From: Pachysolen tannophilus NRRL Y-2460
Lineage: Eukaryota
Direction of reading: 5' to 3'
DNA: 64,000 nt
NCBI GenBank assembly: GCA_001661245.1
Contig: KV454012.1
Span: forward strand, 62,001 to 126,000
A model generated the notes under the pieces. The model was not told where the DNA came from. It searched no databases and saw only the letters and a list, made by a program, of their open reading frames with translations. Made by a program: the position numbers and the translations under genes. Position 1 is the first letter of the stretch. Each line of letters starts with the position of its first letter. Of this stretch, positions 34,118 to 45,208 are shown piece after piece.

Positions 34118-36244
34118 CTAAAAAGAAATATTTTCTACCTCAACCCTATCAAACAATAAATCAAATACTTTAAACCCAGTTTCTCCATAAATTTTAAATT
34201 CCAAAGCTTCCCTTTCCCAACCTTTTTGCAAAATACTCAATATATTAGTTCCAACCTCTGAGCAAAGCAAATTTGAAATTTCAATTAATTTCGCAGTCAA
34301 GAATTGTCTTTGACTCTCATCTATTGTGACTAATCCACATATATATAATCCCCATAATGCTAGACAAGAAGAATGATCAGTACATGGAATGTTAATTGAA
34401 ATTTCCTCTAAAATGGCGTCTGCACTTTTTTGTATCAGTGGCAAATACGAAGGTATTGAAGGGTCAATCATCTTTTGAGTTACAATGCAGCATGCATGAT
34501 AAATAATTGATGATACAGCTAGATTTGACCTTAACGAAATCTTCTTGTTAAAATTTTCACCAATGACATCTGGTATATTATTGATTTTTTCTAAATTTTT
34601 TTGAATTGATTCTTCCACAGAATCAAGTTTCAGCTTCAAAGAAGTAATTATTCTCCAAAAATCATCTGTATGAACATAATTTTCATTTTGTGAATCTATA
34701 CAATAATGAAGTCTTAATAACCAGTTCAACTTTGCAGTAACTTCAAACTCATCCAATGCAGATCCCAATATGGGATTATTCATCCAAGAAACATCACAAT
34801 TTTGATATATGGGAACACTTAACCAATTGCGCAATTCTGAAAACACTTTGAAAGGCGAAGGAAGATCTAGCAACAGTTTATGTGAACAAGTATACAATAC
34901 TATAGAATAATTGAAAATAAAACTCTCCAATAAAGTTCTTTCTGTTGGAGTTATAGTGATTGATATATCATTTACCCTATTATCAATTTTCAAATCGGAA
35001 ACAGAAGTTTCTACTTTATTAAATTGTCTAATTTTTTGAACTTCACGTTGTTTGATCATTTTATATGCAGCAGACAAATGATTGGCACATCTTGTTCCGT
35101 TAGCACCTGATGCCCTATCTCTTAAACACAAAGTTAAAATAGCAACCAATAACCAATCTTCAGTGCCGTCAACTTCATGGCTCCTTATAGAATCACTTAT
35201 CAATCTTATAGATCTAGCGTATGTTTCAGTAGCAACTTTTAAAAAACTTGTATCTCTGTATGCCAACAAAGAAGCACCACAGCTGAAAAATACTTCTCTC
35301 AAGACAGGAGACTGTGATGCATAAGGAATAAAAATCTGTCCAGGAGCTAATAATGGATGTGAATGTGTTGGTGTTATCGCTGGGATAAATTGGTTTACAA
35401 AATAGTAATAAAGTCTTGAATTTGTGACAGAAAGTTCAACATTTGGTATCCACTGCGAAAAACTGGATAGAGGAAAATTTGCTGTGAGGTTATCAGCCAT
35501 AGTATTCATCAGCTCCACATCTTGAAAATTTTTAACCAAGTCTACTCCCAGTATATTAGAAACCTCAATATCGTTATTATTATTATTATTATTATCATTA
35601 TCTTCAAATTTGAGAATAGACTCTCCGAACTCACTATTCACAGGACTTGATTCGGTTTCAGATTCTGAAATTAAATTTTTATTTTGGAAAACTTGAGGGC
35701 CGATTGATTGCAGAAACAGCAGCATCAGTAGCAGTTGCTGCTGTTGTTGTTGTTGAGGTTGAGGTTTCTTGAATTTGAAATTAGGACTTGATGTAATCTT
35801 CAACTTGCTATTATTATCCATTATTTGTTCCCCAATTGCAATCACTGTTTCCGAACTAAGTTTAAAATCTTTAGGAAGTATCTGGTTTGGATATTGAGGC
35901 CAGCAACATTTTAAATCATTTCTTTTACAACCAGAACATACTGGTCTAACCTCATCGCATTTTTTCTTCCTCTTACGACAACAGAAACATCCAGATTTCA
36001 CTCTCATCTTACTCGAAGAACTGTTGTTGTTGTTGTTGTTATTCTTATCAATCCTCTTTGGAAATGGTTCATGTTTTAATACCGGGACTAATTTAGCAGA
36101 TGCAGTAGTTACAAGAGCAGCTGCCGCTGACGTAGATTCAGTAGATCGAGGAACTAATAGCAGCTCCTTCGAATTGGAGCCATTTCTATTACTTTTTTCG
36201 TCCTCATCTCTATTAAACATATTGAAGTGTCCCACTGTAGTCAT
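34118..36244 (-). CDS. Zn(II)2Cys6 transcription factor with Fungal_trans_2-like domain
   Basis: GCFCCRKRKKKCDEVRPVCSGCKRNDLKCCW; long helical C-terminal domain. Confidence 0.9.
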   Translation of the reverse strand: MTTVGHFNMFNRDEDEKSNRNGSNSKELLLVPRSTESTSAAAALVTTASAKLVPVLKHEPFPKRIDKNNNNNNNSSSSKMRVKSGCFCCRKRKKKCDEVRPVCSGCKRNDLKCCWPQYPNQILPKDFKLSSETVIAIGEQIMDNNSKLKITSSPNFKFKKPQPQQQQQQQLLLMLLFLQSIGPQVFQNKNLISESETESSPVNSEFGESILKFEDNDNNNNNNNDIEVSNILGVDLVKNFQDVELMNTMADNLTANFPLSSFSQWIPNVELSVTNSRLYYYFVNQFIPAITPTHSHPLLAPGQIFIPYASQSPVLREVFFSCGASLLAYRDTSFLKVATETYARSIRLISDSIRSHEVDGTEDWLLVAILTLCLRDRASGANGTRCANHLSAAYKMIKQREVQKIRQFNKVETSVSDLKIDNRVNDISITITPTERTLLESFIFNYSIVLYTCSHKLLLDLPSPFKVFSELRNWLSVPIYQNCDVSWMNNPILGSALDEFEVTAKLNWLLRLHYCIDSQNENYVHTDDFWRIITSLKLKLDSVEESIQKNLEKINNIPDVIGENFNKKISLRSNLAVSSIIYHACCIVTQKMIDPSIPSYLPLIQKSADAILEEISINIPCTDHSSCLALWGLYICGLVTIDESQRQFLTAKLIEISNLLCSEVGTNILSILQKGWEREALEFKIYGETGFKVFDLLFDRVEVENISF

Positions 36245-36924
36245 CGGTATCTCTAATATATATGCTCTTCTAATTCAGTATGCTAGGGCCAAAAAAATAA
36301 TCCATCTCTGGTATACAACAAGATAAAATAATAATTAGTACCTGAAAATTTAACCAGCTGAAAAAAAAAAAAAATTAAATTAAATTAAAACTCTTTCTAT
36401 AACTAACTAAGTTTATCCTTTCTTAGTCTTTGTAATTGCCCCGAGTTTTAAAAACTCATTGTATATATTCAATCAATATGATTCTCATAATATGAATTTA
36501 CAAATTAAACTAGAAATGTTTAAACCAAATTATTTATCAAACTTGAGAATAACCCATTGTTATATCGCTCCATAGTGATTAAACAGAATAAGCGGTACTA
36601 AACAAAATTGACCGGAAGGAGAATAACGAAAACTTCAAAGGGCTGCCCAAGAAGAAGCCGCCCTCCACGGGGCAGACCCCCGCCGCTCCACGCCAAAAGC
36701 CAATCAGAAGTCTTTCCGCCAGAAACATTACTATACAATTTTTCTCCTCTTCTAATATACAGGTTAGAGTAACCATATTCGGAGGCATAATGTTGAAAAT
36801 ATACTTACTATCTAACCAACTAACCGATCTAGGTCATAAATCGTCATCATCAATAGTAGTATTAATATCTTGTAACTGCATAAGCTGCCCTTTGAAGGAT
36901 CAATTAGTCGGTCAGATAAGTATT

Positions 36925-36960
36925 TAGCCCATATATATATATATATATATATATGGGCTA
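36925..36960. repeat. Perfect 36-bp palindrome TAGCCC(AT)12GGGCTA
   Basis: Read directly from the sequence. Confidence 0.95.
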
Positions 36961-37322
36961 TAATATACACATAGTACACCTGTGGCTTGCAGATATTTCA
37001 TTAGCGCATCTATCTGCGGCGTAATCGGTGCACACATTTACTTTTTACGGGCGCGCGTTATTTTGATAACAGAGATAATCTCGGCGCAAAATACAATAAG
37101 GGAAGGCTGCATACGTACATACATACATACATAAACCCACTGATAGGAGTTGCCGACAATGATTACTTTAACAATATATGTTAATCTATATATATATATA
37201 TATATAATATTGGGAATTTCCTTTAAATGTTTGTTATCCTTTGAAGAAAATTAGTTGATTGGAAGGTTTCTTTTTCTTTTTTTTTCTTTTTCCTTTTTTT
37301 ATTATTAGTATTGTTGCTGAAA

Positions 37323-39017
37323 ATGGTTGATATCAGTGGGTTATTAAACTTCACAGACGATGTTTCGAATTTCAAACTCTACGAGTCGGAATGGGTTCCT
37401 AAAGTTGTTAAATATAATGAAGAGTTAAAGAAAAAAATTCCTGCTGAATACCAAATTGATTCGTCGTTGGTGCCAGGGGATTTGGATGATTCCACTTTTA
37501 GTCCTATTAAATTTTTGTATGATAATAAGATTTTAAGCAAAAGAGAATTTGAAATTACTGATACTCCTGCTCATTTACTTGTTGAAAAGATTGCCTCAAT
37601 GGAATTGTCTTCTGTTGAAGTTTTAAAAGCATTTGTTCATAGAGCTGTTATTTGTCAGCAATTTACAAATTTTGTTATGGATTTTTTTTTCGAAGAAGGT
37701 TTAAAGAAAGCTCTGGAATTAGATAAGATTTTAAAAGAAACAGGTAAAACTGTTGGTCCATTACATGGACTTCCAATTTCTTTAAAAGAACAAGTTGGTT
37801 ATGGTGGTAAAATCACCACTGGTGGCTGGGTCTCTAATATAGAAAATGTCTTAGAAAAAGATGCAGTCACAATTCAAGTCTTGAGAAAACTAGGTGCTGT
37901 TTTTTATGTTAGAACAAGTCAACCTCAAACTATTATGCATTTGGATACCGATAATAACATCATTGGAAGAACCAGAAACTCCTATAACACCTTGTTGTCT
38001 CCAGGTGGCTCCAGTGGAGGTGAAGGTGCTTGCGTCTCGTTTGGAGGCTCGGCAATGGGTGTTGGTACAGATATTGGAGGTTCAATTAGAGCTCCTGCAG
38101 CATTTTGTGGATGTTTTGGATTGAGGCCGACTAGTAGAAGAATCTCTACTGCTGGAGGTGTCTCAGCTGCTGGAGGCCAAGAATCTGTTGTTGCCGTTTG
38201 TGGACCGTTAACTAGATATATAGATGACGTTGAATTATTTATGGAAAGTTATATCAACTCAGGCAATCCTTGGGATATTGATCCTTGGAGTCTTCGTATT
38301 CCTTGGAGGAAAATATCAGCTCCTATCCCACAAAATTTAACCATTGCAGTTATGTATGATGATGGTGTTGTAAAGCCATTACCTCCAATAGAGAGAGGTT
38401 TGAAAATTGTGGTTGAAAAATTGAAAAATGCAGGTGTTAATATTATTGAATTTAAACCTATAAAAACACAAGAAGCTTATGAAACAGTTAATATCTTGTA
38501 TAATTGTGATGGCAATGAGAAACAGAAAAGTTTATTAAAACCTTCTGGTGAACCACTTTTGCCTTTAACAAAATGGTGTTTAAGTTTTGGTAAAGGTGAT
38601 AAACCATTATCTATTACTGAAAATAGAAATTTAAACATGATTCGTGATTATTTGAGAGGTTTATATTTAGATTACATGGTTAATAACAAGGTGGATTTCA
38701 TTCTTTCACCAAATTATCCAAGTGTTGCTCCTTCACATAAGGAAGGCCCTCATTACTGGGGTTATACTTCACTTTGGAATATCTTAGACATGCCTTCTTT
38801 AACTTTCCCTACATATTTATATCAAGATCCATCGATTGACATAGTCAAAGATCTGTCTTATAAGCCAAGATCGACAATTGATGAAATCGAACAGATCAAG
38901 TACGATGCCAAGTCAGCACTGGGTGCACCTATTGCTTTACAATTAACCGGTAGAAGATATTTCGATGAAGAAGTTGTTGCAGCAGGTAAAATGATTGATC
39001 TGTTATTGAAAGCTTAA
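37323..39017 (+). CDS. Amidase-signature family amidase (acetamidase/Amd2-like)
   Basis: GPLHGLPISLKE, PGGSSGGEG, GVGTDIGGSIRAP; first ATG at 37323; GATA sites upstream. Confidence 0.95.
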   Translation: MVDISGLLNFTDDVSNFKLYESEWVPKVVKYNEELKKKIPAEYQIDSSLVPGDLDDSTFSPIKFLYDNKILSKREFEITDTPAHLLVEKIASMELSSVEVLKAFVHRAVICQQFTNFVMDFFFEEGLKKALELDKILKETGKTVGPLHGLPISLKEQVGYGGKITTGGWVSNIENVLEKDAVTIQVLRKLGAVFYVRTSQPQTIMHLDTDNNIIGRTRNSYNTLLSPGGSSGGEGACVSFGGSAMGVGTDIGGSIRAPAAFCGCFGLRPTSRRISTAGGVSAAGGQESVVAVCGPLTRYIDDVELFMESYINSGNPWDIDPWSLRIPWRKISAPIPQNLTIAVMYDDGVVKPLPPIERGLKIVVEKLKNAGVNIIEFKPIKTQEAYETVNILYNCDGNEKQKSLLKPSGEPLLPLTKWCLSFGKGDKPLSITENRNLNMIRDYLRGLYLDYMVNNKVDFILSPNYPSVAPSHKEGPHYWGYTSLWNILDMPSLTFPTYLYQDPSIDIVKDLSYKPRSTIDEIEQIKYDAKSALGAPIALQLTGRRYFDEEVVAAGKMIDLLLKA

Positions 39018-39154
39018 AAAAAAATTAAAAATATTAAACATAAAGTCACCTTTTATTCTCCTCTAAATAAATGAATAAATAAATAAATAAATTAAAATCA
39101 AACCCCTAAAAAAACAAAAAACATAAAACAAAAAAAAAAAAAATGAAAACGGCT

Positions 39155-39844
39155 TCAATTCAATAGTGATTGAACCGTTATTGCTCTTGGAAATGAAGTT
39201 GGCGTATTTCTCATACCCTTTGTGGCATTTGCCTTGACAGCAGTGACGATGAAATTGTGGCTTCTTGTACCGTTACTGATATCAAGGCTACTAGTCTTTG
39301 TAGTCAAGTGTGGATCATCTCTAATGATTAGTACATTATTATTTAAATCAAACGATGTAATATTAAGTTGTGGAAGATTAGAGTCATCATCAACATTACA
39401 AAAAAATCTTGGAGTTATAGAAGGAGTTCCGGAAACTTGTACTGTAGCATTTTGAGTTGGCCAACAACAATCCAAGAAATTTCTTGTACACCCACCACAT
39501 TTCGGATGAATCTCATCACATTTCTTACGACGACGTCTACAACAAAGACATCCATTTTTGCTTCGTGTAATCTTGGCCTTTTTATGGACTTTACCCTCTA
39601 TCATCGACTCATGATCATGGCTCCGAAGCGTGAAATTGTTATCCGAAAGGAAAGTGGTTGGACGGGTTAATACTGGTGATGCTAATGGCGAAGATGCACA
39701 ACTACTGCAGGAGTTTAAACTCGATGGAGAAACCAATCTCAGTTTTTCTTTTGAATTCCTCGACCCCTTTGAGTTCTTCAACTCTTTTTGCTCTTTCTTG
39801 GAAACGTTAATCTTTATAACCTGTTGGTAGTCTCGATAGTTCAT
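39155..39844 (-). CDS. Short Zn(II)2Cys6 protein lacking a regulatory domain
   Basis: RSKNGCLCCRRRRKKCDEIHPKCGGCTRNFLDCCW; ends VQSLLN. Confidence 0.85.
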   Translation of the reverse strand: MNYRDYQQVIKINVSKKEQKELKNSKGSRNSKEKLRLVSPSSLNSCSSCASSPLASPVLTRPTTFLSDNNFTLRSHDHESMIEGKVHKKAKITRSKNGCLCCRRRRKKCDEIHPKCGGCTRNFLDCCWPTQNATVQVSGTPSITPRFFCNVDDDSNLPQLNITSFDLNNNVLIIRDDPHLTTKTSSLDISNGTRSHNFIVTAVKANATKGMRNTPTSFPRAITVQSLLN

Positions 39845-40500
39845 CTTTTTCTTTCTAATTTTGGGGTAAAAGTAAAATGTTTAATACCAAATTGTATTGT
39901 AATTTGTATATAATTTCCGGTATTAAACAAATAACTATGAAAACTTTTCACTTTTCTTTTTCCAACTCGATCATACAAATAAAAATAACTTTTCACTAAA
40001 GCTCATCGTTAGTGCCTTCATGAGCCATATATAACAATTTTGCAAAGTGAAAAATTTCTTCTTATTTATTGTTACTCATCAGGTTGTAGACATAAATCTT
40101 AAACTGTTGTTAATATTAACAGAAACTAAAAGCGAAAGGTTAGGAACACAGTTTCAACACAGTATTCAAACGCGAAGATCAAATCTGCTCATCTTTCCCT
40201 TTAGAGAAGTCCACAGAGAGACTTTCCGTATCTGGACTATTGTAACCAGATATGCACGCCCTCTCTCTATCAATTACCCTTTTTCAAAAGAAAGCATTGT
40301 GAGATTTTGAGATCAGAAATTGTAACAGGAGATTTAACCGCGCTTACCGAATTAGGAAGCAATAATAGTAAACTAACATAATAAAAAGTCCACATATAAT
40401 AAAAATATACTATAAAAAATAAGTAACTAGCTAGCTATATCATTATCATCATAATCATAATCGAATATCAATTTCAAATAGCAAGAGCACAGAGATAGGC

Positions 40501-40504
<4 letters not shown>

Positions 40505-40538
<34 letters not shown>

Positions 40539-40653
40539 TTTTTTTTTCTTTTTTCCTTTTTCTTTTCTTGCTTGTCTCTTGATTGTTTTTCCTATAGCGC
40601 TTTTTTAAAAATAAAATAAAATAAAATAAAATAAAATAAAATAAAATAAAAAT

Positions 40654-40712
<59 letters not shown>

Positions 40713-41100
40713 ANNNNNNNNNNNNNNNNNNNNNNNNNNNNNNNNNNNNNNNNNNNNNNNNNNNNNNNNNNNNNNNNNNNNNNNNNNNNNNNNNNNNNNN
40801 NNNNNNNNNNNNNNNNNNNNNNNNNNNNNNNNNNNNNNNNNNNNNNNNNNNNNNNNNNNNNNNNNNNNNNNNNNNNNNNNNNNNNNNNNNNNNNNNNNNN
40901 NNNNNNNNNNNNNNNNNNNNNNNNNNNNNNNNNNNNNNNNNNNNNNNNNNNNNNNNNNNNNNNNNNNNNNNNNNNNNNNNNNNNNNNNNNNNNNNNNNNN
41001 NNNNNNNNNNNNNNNNNNNNNNNNNNNNNNAAATAAATAAATAAATAAATAAATAAATAAAATAAAATTTTTTTTTTTTTTTTTTTTTTCTTTTTCTTTT
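40505..41100. repeat. (TG)n, (AAAAT)n, poly-T and (AAAT)n tracts around an assembly gap (N 40714-41030)
   Basis: Read directly from the sequence. Confidence 0.95.
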
Positions 41101-43065
41101 TTATGCTAGAGAAATCCTATAATTCTCATCCGCAACAAATAATTCCCAATCGTTTTTATAACCTAAATATCTATTGCCATTTACATTATGGTTTCTGGAT
41201 TTATGTAAATCCGAAGCCATGGTTTCATTTAAATTCAAATCTCTTTTTTTCCATACGTTTAATATAATCTCGCGTGCTTTGTTCACGTTTCCCAAACTAT
41301 AAACTTCTAACCGTTCTAATAATTGTAAACTTAAATACCTATAACTTTCACATTCTGGATCCAATACGGAAATTTCAACCGCATTCATGAAAACAGACCA
41401 GATTAAAGTTGAAGACCATTTAAAATCATTTTTCAATACTATTAATTTCAAATATTTAAAAATTTGTTTTACAGTTTTGTTAACAAATGCAACTTCTGGG
41501 GATCCTGTTAATAAACAACATTCATAATAAACAAGTGTTGAAAGTCGTTTAACTTCACATGATAAAATAAAACAAAATTCTTCAATATCAATATTTGGAT
41601 TATAAATGAGTAAATCACTATTATTAACTTCAACTTCATCTTCTGCTGTGATTGCAGTAATATTATTAAAACTACCCATTTCAATTAAAAAATCTTGAAT
41701 ACTCATGTTTAATTTCATAGAATTTAACCTATCAGCAATATTATGTGCCAATAAAAGATAATTTTGTTCTGTAATTTTTTTATTAACTCTTTCAAATGAT
41801 AAATCAGTAATATCAGATATTGAATTAACTAATTTTACATCACAACCCATCCATGAAATCATAACAGTGCCTTCACAATTTATTACTTGATCATAATAAC
41901 TCTTACCATCTTCACTATCTTGAATAAGTTTTGGATTTTTCTTATGATTTTTATTTAAAAAATTTAAGAAAAAACTATTTGTATCTTTACAAGCAGTTCT
42001 ACCCATTGATTCTTGATAAAATAAAAATTCTAAACAAAATTTTAATATTGACATTTCTAAATCACTTGTTGGATAAATGAAATTTTTAGAATTCATCATT
42101 TTTTTACATTTTTTCAAATATAAAGTCCATTTAGCATTACAATCATTGGCAATTTCATAAAGAATTAATAATGTAAAAGATAATAAAATATCTGTTGACA
42201 GAGTTATTTCATCTTCATTTATATCTAATTCTAATTGTAAAAGTAAATCATATAATTGATTTAATCCTAATCTTTGGAAATTTTCAGCTTTCAGTAACCA
42301 ACCATTAGGATCATCAGTTAATTTTGAAAGATACATTGAACCTAATGATAATACTAAATAAAAAATATGTGTAAAATTTTGTGAATATTGAACTAATTCA
42401 TTAATATTTAAACCTGGACTCATTGTAATAGTACCATGTAAAACTTCTCTTTGTAAAAAATCATTTGAAATATTACTAATTGGATTTAAAATTGGTGAAA
42501 TATGACCAACATAATAATTTAAAGCATAATTTAAACTAGAATCATAATCAAAACAACTAAATTCAAATAAATCCCTTGGTATTATTGAAGGTTGTAACAG
42601 TGGTTCTAAATAATTACCATAATTTTTAACATCATTAAAATTAAAATTAATGAATTTTAAACTATCTTGATTAGAAATTCCAAGATAATATGAAATTTTA
42701 CTCTTCAGTATTAAAGCTTGAAAATTATCCCTATCCTGACGTTTATTCTTTGACCATACACCTTCTCTTCCAAATTTTTTACCCTTTTTCTCCAAATCTT
42801 CTCTAAATTGTAAAGTTATCTTATATTGACATTGAAATCCTTTAACCTCACATCGATGACATTCAGGTTTATTCTCATCACATTTAAGTCTTCTTGCCTT
42901 ACATTGTTCACACCCAAATCTCGATCTTGAAAGAGTCCTAGAAGTACTCTTTGCTCTAACACCACGCCCATTACTACCATTACTACTAGGCTCTGAAGAA
43001 ACAGAAGAACTAGGAGAACACAATACAGGACTTTCCATATTCCTCAACTCACCTTCTCCTTTCAT
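41101..43065 (-). CDS. Zn(II)2Cys6 transcription factor with Fungal_trans_2-like domain
   Basis: RSRFGCEQCKARRLKCDENKPECHRCEVKGFQCQY; SWMGCD, LIWSVF, GNV..A..I...VW. Confidence 0.9.
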   Translation of the reverse strand: MKGEGELRNMESPVLCSPSSSVSSEPSSNGSNGRGVRAKSTSRTLSRSRFGCEQCKARRLKCDENKPECHRCEVKGFQCQYKITLQFREDLEKKGKKFGREGVWSKNKRQDRDNFQALILKSKISYYLGISNQDSLKFINFNFNDVKNYGNYLEPLLQPSIIPRDLFEFSCFDYDSSLNYALNYYVGHISPILNPISNISNDFLQREVLHGTITMSPGLNINELVQYSQNFTHIFYLVLSLGSMYLSKLTDDPNGWLLKAENFQRLGLNQLYDLLLQLELDINEDEITLSTDILLSFTLLILYEIANDCNAKWTLYLKKCKKMMNSKNFIYPTSDLEMSILKFCLEFLFYQESMGRTACKDTNSFFLNFLNKNHKKNPKLIQDSEDGKSYYDQVINCEGTVMISWMGCDVKLVNSISDITDLSFERVNKKITEQNYLLLAHNIADRLNSMKLNMSIQDFLIEMGSFNNITAITAEDEVEVNNSDLLIYNPNIDIEEFCFILSCEVKRLSTLVYYECCLLTGSPEVAFVNKTVKQIFKYLKLIVLKNDFKWSSTLIWSVFMNAVEISVLDPECESYRYLSLQLLERLEVYSLGNVNKAREIILNVWKKRDLNLNETMASDLHKSRNHNVNGNRYLGYKNDWELFVADENYRISLA

Positions 43066-43287
43066 ACAATATATATATCCACCCTATTATCAATCTCAAA
43101 ACCCGTAATTATAATAATTATAATAATTATAATAATAATCACAACACAACTGAACGGAAAAAAAAAAACAAAAAGAAAAAACAAACAAACAAAAAAAAAC
43201 TAATTTAAAAATTAAATATCATTAAAATATATAATAATATTATACGATCTATTGATTTCCGAAATAATATGATATGAGTTTTGGAAA

Positions 43288-45075
43288 ATGTTCAATAGTC
43301 AAACAGGTTTATTTTCCAAAATCACTTGTCCATCAATAATTAGAAATGAACAATGTGAAACGTTGAATTGTCTTTTTAATCATTCAAATGTGGAGGAAAA
43401 AGGAAAATTTTTTGTGGAGAAGAAGAAATTATTGAATATACAGAATTCCAGGAACGACAAGAAACAAAAAGTACATGAAAAGAATGAGGGAAAGGAGAGT
43501 GTAGTTGGGAAAGCATGCCACGAGCCTTTGATTGGCTACAATAGTAGGAAGGACGCCATTAGACAAGCATGTCCTGTAATAAGCACGGCTATTGATGCAA
43601 CTAGTGGGTCTGGGGTTCTGCGTACTACTGAAATCAGGAATGACCATGAAAAAATAGATGAAACACCACCAAGTAAAAAACAGAAAATCACGGGTTTACA
43701 ATTACTAAAGAGTCTTGAAGAAGGAAATAAGTTGGTTCAAGGTGGTGATGATAGTGATGATACTGGTATTGAAGTTGGAATTAGTAATGGTAATGGAAGT
43801 AGCGAATTATTACCTGCGCCCAGTTTAAATAAGCAGTCGCAGTTATCGGAGTCGAAGAATCATAATCATAATCATAATTTACAATTTTTGAAATTGAATT
43901 CTCATTCAAATGAAATACAAGTATCATCAGATATACCATTAATTCCACGGCCAGTTTTACCTAATGCCCCAGTTACCACTCAGGTAAGATTAAAATATCT
44001 TAAATATTTGAAACTTCAATATGAAAAAATTCATACCGTTTTCCCCAATAAAAAATCAGTTGAAAAAGAATACGAATTTGCTTCAACATTATCATCTACT
44101 GTTTATACATCAAAAGTTAAAAGATTAGTTTATAATTTACAAAAATATGGTAAAGAAGATCCAAATGAAATTGGAGAAAATCAAAATCCCCAAATTGAAG
44201 AATATAATTTAGAAAATTTATTAATTTCAAAAGAAAAATTAGCCAAAAATGGGTTTATAGTTGATGTTCCTATAATACCTAATAATTATAAAACTTATAC
44301 ACATAAGAAATGTCAACGATGTGGTGAAATATTTGAAGTTGATAAAATTTTAAAGCGTGTCAAATGTGCTTATCATCCTAATAGATATTATATTAGCAAA
44401 TTAAATTCCCATTCATATGCTTCAAATGATTTTAATTCTAAATTTTTCCCCTGTTGTAATCAACCTATTACAGAAGCACAAGGCTGCAAACAAGCACTAC
44501 ATCACGTTTTCAAACTAGATGATCCAATAGAATTACAAGCTACAATTCCTTTTGTCTCTACAAAGACATTTCCCTCAAAAAAAAATTCTCCTTATAAAGC
44601 AATTGCTCTTGACTGTGAAATGGGATTCACTTCATTGGGATTTGAATTAATTCGAATAACAATGATCGATTTTCAAACTGAAAAAGTTTTGTATGATAAA
44701 ACTATTCAACCAAGGGGAAGAATTTGTGATCTTAATACCGAATTTAGTGGTGTGTCTGTTATTAATGAATCTGAATCTCCAAAATTTAATCAATTTTTAA
44801 ACGAAATCAAAGAATTTATAAATTCAGATACTATATTGATAGGTCATGGATTGGAAAATGATTTGAACGTTATGAGATTATGTCATGATAAAATTATTGA
44901 TACAAGTTTGATGTTCATGAATGGATTGAAAAGAAAATCTTTAAAAGACTTAAGTTTTGAATATTTAAGTAAAAAAATTCAAACTGGTGAGCATGATAGT
45001 TATGAAGATACACAGAGTTGTATTGAATTGATCAAATGGAAATTGAAAAATAAAAATAACCCCAATAGACGATAA
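43288..45075 (+). CDS. REX3: RNA exonuclease Rex3 (DEDDh)
   Basis: MF...GLF..I.CP N-terminal finger; ALDCEMGFT, GHGLENDL, HDSYED. Confidence 0.9.
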   Translation: MFNSQTGLFSKITCPSIIRNEQCETLNCLFNHSNVEEKGKFFVEKKKLLNIQNSRNDKKQKVHEKNEGKESVVGKACHEPLIGYNSRKDAIRQACPVISTAIDATSGSGVLRTTEIRNDHEKIDETPPSKKQKITGLQLLKSLEEGNKLVQGGDDSDDTGIEVGISNGNGSSELLPAPSLNKQSQLSESKNHNHNHNLQFLKLNSHSNEIQVSSDIPLIPRPVLPNAPVTTQVRLKYLKYLKLQYEKIHTVFPNKKSVEKEYEFASTLSSTVYTSKVKRLVYNLQKYGKEDPNEIGENQNPQIEEYNLENLLISKEKLAKNGFIVDVPIIPNNYKTYTHKKCQRCGEIFEVDKILKRVKCAYHPNRYYISKLNSHSYASNDFNSKFFPCCNQPITEAQGCKQALHHVFKLDDPIELQATIPFVSTKTFPSKKNSPYKAIALDCEMGFTSLGFELIRITMIDFQTEKVLYDKTIQPRGRICDLNTEFSGVSVINESESPKFNQFLNEIKEFINSDTILIGHGLENDLNVMRLCHDKIIDTSLMFMNGLKRKSLKDLSFEYLSKKIQTGEHDSYEDTQSCIELIKWKLKNKNNPNRR

Positions 45076-45208
45076 GCAAAAATTAGAAAAAAGTAGAAAA
45101 ATTAGAAAAAAATAGAAAAATAAAAAAATAGAAAAAAAATAATTCCTAACTTTTTTTTTTTTTTTTATAAAAGCAATCACGTTAATAGATGTAAAATAAA
45201 GTTTCCCA

